A DNA stretch of 64,000 nucleotides from a virus: positions 1-64,000 of the IMG/VR virus record IMGVR_UViG_3300027777_000001. One strand, written 5' to 3'. The notes under the pieces were generated by a model, which saw only the letters and a list, made by a program, of their open reading frames with translations, ran no database searches and had not been told where the DNA came from. Of this stretch, positions 58,886 to 64,000 are shown one piece after another. The position numbers and the translations under genes are program-made. The first letter of the stretch is position 1. Each line of letters begins with the position of its first letter.

Positions 58886-59251
58886 TTAGTAATGAACTAC
58901 GTGAACGAACTTACCGAGCTTCTTCATGGTTTGAATCATGTGGGCTGTGCCTCTTGATTTTTGATCCCAAAAGGCTACGAGACCATCTGCTGCTTTACTC
59001 ATGGCATCGTTACGGATGAACCCTGCACGCTTGCCATAGGTATCCCAATCTGCAGGGAACTTAATCAAAGGTACGTGGTATTCCTCTGCGAACAGGACAC
59101 CCAATCTGTCTGCACCTCTTGCCATGCCACTGACAATGCTCACTGAGACTTCGGCTAAAGCGTGATCCCCTAAGCCTAAGAGGACTAGTTGCATAGTCGT
59201 ATAGTCCTCAAAGTCTCTACCGCCCGCTACAATCAATTTAAAGTCATTCAT
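58886..59251 (-). CDS. SLOG/YspA-like protein (DUF2493-type)
   Basis: IVAGGRDF, SGMARGAD, PADW, AG.IRN..M, FWD..S.GT. Confidence 0.8.
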   Translation of the reverse strand: MNDFKLIVAGGRDFEDYTTMQLVLLGLGDHALAEVSVSIVSGMARGADRLGVLFAEEYHVPLIKFPADWDTYGKRAGFIRNDAMSKAADGLVAFWDQKSRGTAHMIQTMKKLGKFVHVVHY

Positions 59252-59292
59252 GGTACGCACCCCTTAACTGTGAATATGGAAGGCAGGAAGGC

Positions 59293-59311
59293 CCTATACA
59301 GAGGCGTAGCC
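59293..59311 (-). promoter_or_regulatory. Putative vRNAP hairpin promoter
   Basis: CCTATACAGA-GGC-GTA-GCC on the template (+) strand. Confidence 0.65.
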
Positions 59312-59336
59312 CCCCATGCATCACCCGCAGCGAGGG

Positions 59337-59369
59337 AAAAGAACCCAGCCCTCCCGAAGGAAGACTGGA
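59337..59369 (-). terminator. Intrinsic terminator
   Basis: UUCG hairpin plus U-rich tail on the minus strand. Confidence 0.7.
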
Positions 59370-59375
59370 TTAGGT

Positions 59376-59669
59376 TTACTTTGAGCCAAGACGATTTGAT
59401 TCTTTGAGTCGGTAATAATCGTTGGTGGCAATGACTAGCTCACGTTGCAAGCTATCGACCTCTGTATTAATTATCGTGAACATCTCTTCTATGCCCAGCT
59501 GTTTGATTCTCTCAAGGCCGTAACCTAAAGTGGTTAAGATACGATGCGTACCTGTCTCAACTCGGTCATTTACCTTCCCGCATAATTCATCTACTACTTC
59601 TAGCTGGGCTTTTAAATTTGCAATAACAGCTAATGCTGTTTTGTGGTCATCGATTGCGATGTTGTTCAT
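59376..59669 (-). CDS. Early hypothetical protein
   Basis: Start MNNIAI after ATCCAAAGGAATC leader. Confidence 0.6.
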   Translation of the reverse strand: MNNIAIDDHKTALAVIANLKAQLEVVDELCGKVNDRVETGTHRILTTLGYGLERIKQLGIEEMFTIINTEVDSLQRELVIATNDYYRLKESNRLGSK

Positions 59670-59721
59670 GTTGATTCCTTTGGATTGAGCCCAATCATCT
59701 CGAAAGATGACTGGATTAGGG

Positions 59722-59934
59722 TTAAGGCGTGATGTTTCCTGCAAGTTTGAGCTCTAGCACTTCAAGACGAATCTGGTTCGCTCGGTCTTTGATGTGTGCA
59801 ACACAAGCAGGGGTGAAATCGCAAACACCAATTACCATTTCATTCTCGATCCCGAGGATGTACTCGTTGATGTATCGAATGTGTAATTTCATTGCTGAGA
59901 GATGTTCGTTCATCTGTTCGGTACGTGCGCTCAT
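59722..59934 (-). CDS. Early hypothetical protein
   Basis: Same leader; 70 aa. Confidence 0.6.
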   Translation of the reverse strand: MSARTEQMNEHLSAMKLHIRYINEYILGIENEMVIGVCDFTPACVAHIKDRANQIRLEVLELKLAGNITP

Positions 59935-59955
59935 AATGATTCCTTTGGATGTGAG

Positions 59956-60285
59956 TTACCAAATACCTCTAGTTATTAGCTTTGCAAATTCATGGTTTTC
60001 TTTTTCTAATTCTTCAGCAGTGACATCGTTTGGTGCTTGGCGACGGTAGCTTGCGTACATAGCTGCACCATCTCGTTCTTGTTGCAAGTTATCGACTTGT
60101 TCAAGGATCAAGATGAGTTTGCCCAAGGTAGTCGAATGCTCTCTGGTTTCGGCTGTGAAGTTGAGTTTGATCATGATGCGATCAATAGCTTCTTCGGTAT
60201 AGTCTCGAACAAGTGCTTCTGCTCGGTCTATCTTGGCTTGAAGACTGGCGTTAATTCGAGCTTGTTGTTCTTCGGTCAGTTTCAT
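59956..60285 (-). CDS. Early hypothetical coiled-coil protein
   Basis: Same leader; 109 aa. Confidence 0.6.
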   Translation of the reverse strand: MKLTEEQQARINASLQAKIDRAEALVRDYTEEAIDRIMIKLNFTAETREHSTTLGKLILILEQVDNLQQERDGAAMYASYRRQAPNDVTAEELEKENHEFAKLITRGIW

Positions 60286-60318
60286 GATGGTTCCTTTGGA
60301 TTGTGTAATCGGGGATAT

Positions 60319-60349
60319 AAAAAAACCTACAACCCCGAAGGGAAGTAGG
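60319..60349 (-). terminator. Intrinsic terminator
   Basis: UUCG hairpin plus U7. Confidence 0.75.
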
Positions 60350-60367
60350 CTTATCAGTGCTGAGGCA

Positions 60368-60886
60368 TTAAGCCAGACTGAATTTAGGACGGGCTGCTTT
60401 CTCTCCGGGGCGATAATCCCAGGTGAGGTTTGTTAAGAACTCAACAATGTTCTTTGGATCAGCTTCGAGATAGTGCATCAGACCTGCGTGCTGAGTGTTA
60501 TCAGCCTTCAGTTCGATAAAGCCAAGCTTCGCTGTGCCGCCGCCCTCTGCTGGAAGGTGAAAGTTCAGATAACCCGAAGTGTTGGCTTCTGTAGCAACTG
60601 CTGGTACTGGAGAAATCATCTTGATCTGTGATTTCTGGTTGCGGCGGGGCGATTGGTAATCAACCGTCACCTTAGCTGCGAAGATAGCCAAATTAGCTGG
60701 GTTCGCTTCAAGGTATTCGCGCAACATCTTCTGGTTCTCAACAGCGTCTTTGAGACCGATAAAGCCTAACTTGTACAAACTATCTTCTTGTGCAGGAAGA
60801 TAGGAATTCAGAAAACCACTTGCTTTCCAGTCTTGGTCAGAAGATGACGATGAACGTGGAGCTTTGTTGGCATAGGGAGAAGCCAT
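60368..60886 (-). CDS. N4 gp2-like ssDNA-binding RNAP II activator with an internally duplicated domain
   Basis: WKASGFLN.YLP..KLG.I.LK recalled as gp2-family-like; motif present twice; early-region position. Confidence 0.6.
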   Translation of the reverse strand: MASPYANKAPRSSSSSDQDWKASGFLNSYLPAQEDSLYKLGFIGLKDAVENQKMLREYLEANPANLAIFAAKVTVDYQSPRRNQKSQIKMISPVPAVATEANTSGYLNFHLPAEGGGTAKLGFIELKADNTQHAGLMHYLEADPKNIVEFLTNLTWDYRPGEKAARPKFSLA

Positions 60887-60928
60887 GATGATTCCAATAT
60901 GAGAGATATGACAGGCACAGGATTTGTG

Positions 60929-60947
60929 CTGTAACAGAGGCGTAGCC
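60929..60947 (-). promoter_or_regulatory. Putative vRNAP hairpin promoter
   Basis: CTGTAACAGA-GGC-GTA-GCC. Confidence 0.7.
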
Positions 60948-61561
60948 TTGGTGGAGAACACGCAGACGTACCGAACCGAAGCAAGGCTCGTGGCTATGCG
61001 GGCAGGAAGGTACTTGTTTGGATTATGTATAACGAAGCTTAAGTGCGGCGATGAGATAGATAACGATGATTTTGAGTAAATCGTTTCTTTGTGAAAACTT
61101 CTAACATTCCTTGGATTAGGTAGAAGACAAAGGCCTTGTCATTCTTACCTTTACAGAGTGTACGGAGTACACCTCAGTGTATTAAGTAGTACTTAGTATT
61201 AAGTAGTATATTTTAAACATTACTGTTTGGTAATGAAATGTAATCCTTAACCTTAAATGATGTATGTAAGTCCTTAAAACCTTACGTGTATTACCGAACA
61301 TATGATTATTGAGTCTATCTATATCCATACCTTCGGCCCTCTTATATAAGAGAACTAAACCTATAGGTAAATAAGGAGTTATATATAACTACTTGTAGGT
61401 ATCTATATATGTATAGATAAGTAGTATTAAGTATGTATATAAGTCTTATAAGACTATATATAAGATCGCAGGGTAGGGTCAGGGGTTTGGAACCGATGTC
61501 TGCAGTCTAGCCGATGGATTATTCAAACTATCTAATAGCCTATTTATATTAGGGGTATTAG

Positions 61562-61589
61562 AAAAGAAAGACATACCCCGAAGGGTATG
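61562..61589 (-). terminator. Intrinsic terminator
   Basis: Minus strand CATACCC-TTCG-GGGTATG plus U-rich tail. Confidence 0.75.
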
Positions 61590-61594
61590 CATTG

Positions 61595-61759
61595 TTAGTA
61601 CGGTGTTTGGCTTGAGAGATACCAGGTGTAAAGATGGTGTTGGTGATCCTTTTCCAAGAACCTACTCTCCTCAGTATCTTTAGCAATTATTGCTTCCCAA
61701 CGAGCATCTTGTTGACGCTCATACTCATACTCATCGAAGTCTTCTTTAGTAGTGACCAT
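61595..61759 (-). CDS. Early small acidic protein (not in ORF track)
   Basis: Hand translation MVTTKEDFDEYEYERQQ..., 54 aa, AAGGA RBS. Confidence 0.6.
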   Translation of the reverse strand: MVTTKEDFDEYEYERQQDARWEAIIAKDTEESRFLEKDHQHHLYTWYLSSQTPY

Positions 61760-61761
61760 GG

Positions 61762-61923
61762 TTATTCCTTAATTGGTTTAGAAGGCCTTAAACGGAGGCA
61801 CAAGGCGATTGCAGCTCCAAGGGTAGTAAGTAGTCCAACCCAGTAAAAGAACTGTGAGAGGGCTACTGCAAGGGCTAGGATGAGCACTAGTGTCAGTGCT
61901 CCAAGAAGGAGATAGGATTTCAT
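61762..61923 (-). CDS. Early small membrane protein
   Basis: ATGA-coupled start MKSYLL; two TM segments. Confidence 0.55.
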   Translation of the reverse strand: MKSYLLLGALTLVLILALAVALSQFFYWVGLLTTLGAAIALCLRLRPSKPIKE

Positions 61924-62105
61924 AAGGAATCCATCCAAGCATTTGCTGTAACCCAAGCTGCAAGTTCTGCATCTTGCTTGGCAAGGACACTGAGGTAATA
62001 AGCCTCAGCCTCTGCTGCATCAGCATCTGTACGATGCCAGAAGTAATGCTCCTCTCTGGAGAGGTCTTCAGCTTTAACTGTGTCGATCTCTGTGATCTGG
62101 TTCAT
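61920..62105 (-). CDS. Early hypothetical protein
   Basis: 61 aa, GAGGA RBS. Confidence 0.6.
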   Translation of the reverse strand: MNQITEIDTVKAEDLSREEHYFWHRTDADAAEAEAYYLSVLAKQDAELAAWVTANAWMDSL

Positions 62106-62108
62106 GGC

Positions 62109-62267
62109 TTAATCCTCAAGCATAGCTGTTGAGAACATGAGAGAAGTCTCACGCTCTTGACCCGATACTTCTAATTCGTAGAGATAGTTCTCGAGACTGA
62201 CGAGATCCGCACGGTCTTCAAACTCACCAGACCAGGCTTCTTGTTCGTGGTTGTATTGGCTAGTCAT
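62109..62267 (-). CDS. Early small acidic protein
   Basis: Start MTSQY after GGAG. Confidence 0.6.
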   Translation of the reverse strand: MTSQYNHEQEAWSGEFEDRADLVSLENYLYELEVSGQERETSLMFSTAMLED

Positions 62268-62298
62268 GGTGCTACTCCAGAGAAGTAGACAAAATTGT

Positions 62299-62317
62299 CT
62301 ATGACATACGCGTAGCG
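62299..62317 (-). promoter_or_regulatory. Putative vRNAP hairpin promoter (compensatory stem variant)
   Basis: CTATGACATA-CGC-GTA-GCG. Confidence 0.65.
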
Positions 62318-62328
62318 AACAGCAAGGG

Positions 62329-62482
62329 AAAAAAAACACCCAACCATCCCGAAGGATGATTGAGTGTTAGATGTCTGCTATCCCTAGCACATGAGTTGGA
62401 TAAGCCTCATGCTCGCTGTCTGCCATGCTACCGGGCAGACTCAGTTGGAATAGACGCAAATACTTCTTTCTTTTGCTATTCC
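62329..62482 (-). ncRNA. Candidate structured small RNA (about 155 nt) ending in a terminator at 62329-62368
   Basis: Own promoter motif and terminator, four stem-loops, no ORF with an RBS. Confidence 0.5.
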
Positions 62483-62499
62483 GTTACAGAGGCGTAGCC
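62481..62499 (-). promoter_or_regulatory. Putative vRNAP hairpin promoter
   Basis: CCGTTACAGA-GGC-GTA-GCC(TCT), 6-bp stem. Confidence 0.7.
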
Positions 62500-62523
62500 T
62501 CTTGGATATGTACAGGTGCATAT

Positions 62524-62554
62524 AAAAAAAGGGGATAACCCATAAGGGTTATCC
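62524..62554 (-). terminator. Intrinsic terminator
   Basis: GGATAACCC/GGGTTATCC stem plus U7. Confidence 0.8.
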
Positions 62555-62563
62555 ACTCTTGTG

Positions 62564-62758
62564 TTACCAATTCTTCATACGTTCTTCAAGACGAGCTAAA
62601 CGAAGCTCAAACTCTTTAGCGTAATGAGCCTCAGCTTCAGCACGACAAGCCTTTGTGTACTGACGATCTTTAATAAACTTAGGCATACTTACCTTAGGCA
62701 AGTTAAACTTAGGTAAAGTAATAGACTTAAACGACATCGTAGGGATAGTGATATTCAT
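62564..62758 (-). CDS. Early small basic protein, paralogue of 63061-63279
   Basis: Start MNITIP after GGAG; x-L/M-P-K repeats. Confidence 0.65.
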   Translation of the reverse strand: MNITIPTMSFKSITLPKFNLPKVSMPKFIKDRQYTKACRAEAEAHYAKEFELRLARLEERMKNW

Positions 62759-62800
62759 GTGATGCTCCGAAAGGGGAAAGAGATGTCGGGACGACATCTT

Positions 62801-62819
62801 CTATAACTGAGGCGTAGCC
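62801..62819 (-). promoter_or_regulatory. Putative vRNAP hairpin promoter
   Basis: CTATAACTGA-GGC-GTA-GCC. Confidence 0.7.
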
Positions 62820-62830
62820 AATAGCTTAGG

Positions 62831-62870
62831 AAAAAATACACACACCATCCCCTAAGAGGGATGATGTGTT
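62831..62870 (-). terminator. Intrinsic terminator
   Basis: CATCCC..GGGATG stem with extension plus U6. Confidence 0.7.
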
Positions 62871-62973
62871 TACATCTATGGTGTTGCTGGGTTGGTTTGA
62901 GAAACCGTATACATATCTGCCATATCTCATGCACAAAACAGATAAGTGAAGAGCCTCGTAATGCATTTGCTTT

Positions 62974-62992
62974 CCATTACATAGGCGTAGCC
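62974..62992 (-). promoter_or_regulatory. Putative vRNAP hairpin promoter
   Basis: CCATTACATA-GGC-GTA-GCC(TAT), 6-bp stem. Confidence 0.7.
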
Positions 62993-63013
62993 TATTAGAT
63001 GTATACGGGTATT

Positions 63014-63058
63014 AAAAAAGAAACCAACACACACCCAGTTAGGATATGTGCTGGTATC
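63014..63058 (-). terminator. Intrinsic terminator
   Basis: Long imperfect G.U-containing stem plus U6 on the minus strand, right after the ORF stop. Confidence 0.6.
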
Positions 63059-63060
63059 GA

Positions 63061-63279
63061 TTAACGAGATAACATTGACTTCAGTTCTTTGACTCGAGCT
63101 TGAGCTGATGGAGTAGACATGAACTCTTTGTACATAGACTCAGTAGTAGGAGTAACAACAGTAGCCTTAACAGTGCGAGCCTTAGTGGTACGAGTGAAGC
63201 AGCTAGGCATAGCAAGCTTAGGCAGTGTGATGTTGAATGACTTCAACGAGACTGATACAACTGGGAGTGTGATCTTCAT
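63061..63279 (-). CDS. First early gene, small basic protein
   Basis: Start MKITLP after GGAG. Confidence 0.65.
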   Translation of the reverse strand: MKITLPVVSVSLKSFNITLPKLAMPSCFTRTTKARTVKATVVTPTTESMYKEFMSTPSAQARVKELKSMLSR

Positions 63280-63317
63280 GGTGTATTGCTCCAATGATTA
63301 AGTAGATGAACATTCAT

Positions 63318-63336
63318 CCATCACATTGGCGTAGCC
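63318..63336 (-). promoter_or_regulatory. Putative vRNAP hairpin promoter
   Basis: CCATCACATT-GGC-GTA-GCC. Confidence 0.7.
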
Positions 63337-63621
63337 ATGTAGTTAACTGAACTCAACTCGCTCTGAGTTAAGGAGGCAGGAGTCGAGCTGTCCTCTCCTC
63401 CCCCAGTGGACTGGGGTAAATCCAAATAAGGAAAGGTAGGGGGGGTACTTTCCTTTTTTCGTCTTTGCTGCCTCAGCCCTACACCCGTACCCATTTTATA
63501 AATTTCCTCAAAACCCTAATTAATTTTCTCTAAAAAATTATTATAAAAATAATAGAGTATTAGTTTGGATTATGGCTTTACCATATAATGTCTTTATATA
63601 ATCCTACTGGATATAAACATT

Positions 63622-64000
63622 ATGTCGGTATTAACTGTTGAACAGTTTAAACAGGTACTTCCTGATAAAGTTAAGAAGTCTGTTAACCAAGAACTGATTG
63701 ATCAGGTTAATAACACCTTGTCTGATCCAGAGATGTTCGAGGCGTATAGGGATAATCTATTGTCCTATACCCGTGTCATGTCAGATGGCAGGTTTAAGAT
63801 TACTAGTTATATTGAAGCCATTAAGTATGTGAGCCATAAGTTAATGGGAGCCACGAATATCGAGGCTTATATTAAAACCTTTACAGATAAATATAATAGG
63901 TTCTTGGCTCAGGGTGTTACACCTAAAGATATTGCTAGTTATGTCACTGCTTATAATAAATCCAAGTTAGTGAACCTAATCTTTGAACAAACATTAATCC
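63622..64000 (+). CDS. Terminase small subunit, N4 gp69-like (truncated by the window end; not in ORF track)
   Basis: Hand translation MSVLTVEQFKQVLPDK...RDNLLSYT.V..GRFK...Y..AIKYVSHKLMG...SYVTAYNKSKLVN, open to 64000. Confidence 0.75.
   Translation, partial: MSVLTVEQFKQVLPDKVKKSVNQELIDQVNNTLSDPEMFEAYRDNLLSYTRVMSDGRFKITSYIEAIKYVSHKLMGATNIEAYIKTFTDKYNRFLAQGVTPKDIASYVTAYNKSKLVNLIFEQTLI

Noticed and set aside
61601-61642. Short similarity (TTGGYTTGAGA, ATGGTGTTG) to 62878-62902
   Set aside because: Matches are short, in different order, and here fall inside a coding ORF; probably chance
59293-63336. CRISPR-like array from the GGCGTAGCC repeats
   Set aside because: Spacing is irregular (about 170-1640 bp), with genes and terminators between copies

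Overview
About 64 kb of an N4-like phage genome (Schitoviridae), circularly permuted. From the left: (1) + strand virion/ejection genes ending in a 4011-aa virion RNA polymerase (vRNAP); (2) a - strand replication block (RuvC-like resolvase, SSB, ATPase, primase, exonuclease, nrdA/nrdB, thyX); (3) a + strand tail-fibre and lysis block (holins, embedded Rz/Rz1, GH19 endolysin); (4) an intact attP whose core matches a tmRNA 3' end, next to a tyrosine integrase and excisionase, which suggests a temperate phage; (5) - strand middle genes (family A DNA polymerase, helicase, AAA+/vWA-metallopeptidase pair, two-subunit RNAP II), with the RNAP II large-subunit gene split by a group I intron carrying a homing endonuclease; (6) an early region built from repeated hairpin-promoter/gene/terminator cassettes, including ORF-less units that look like structured small RNAs; (7) the start of the terminase small subunit. 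Family names come from motif recognition and N4 gene order only; no database searches were run.
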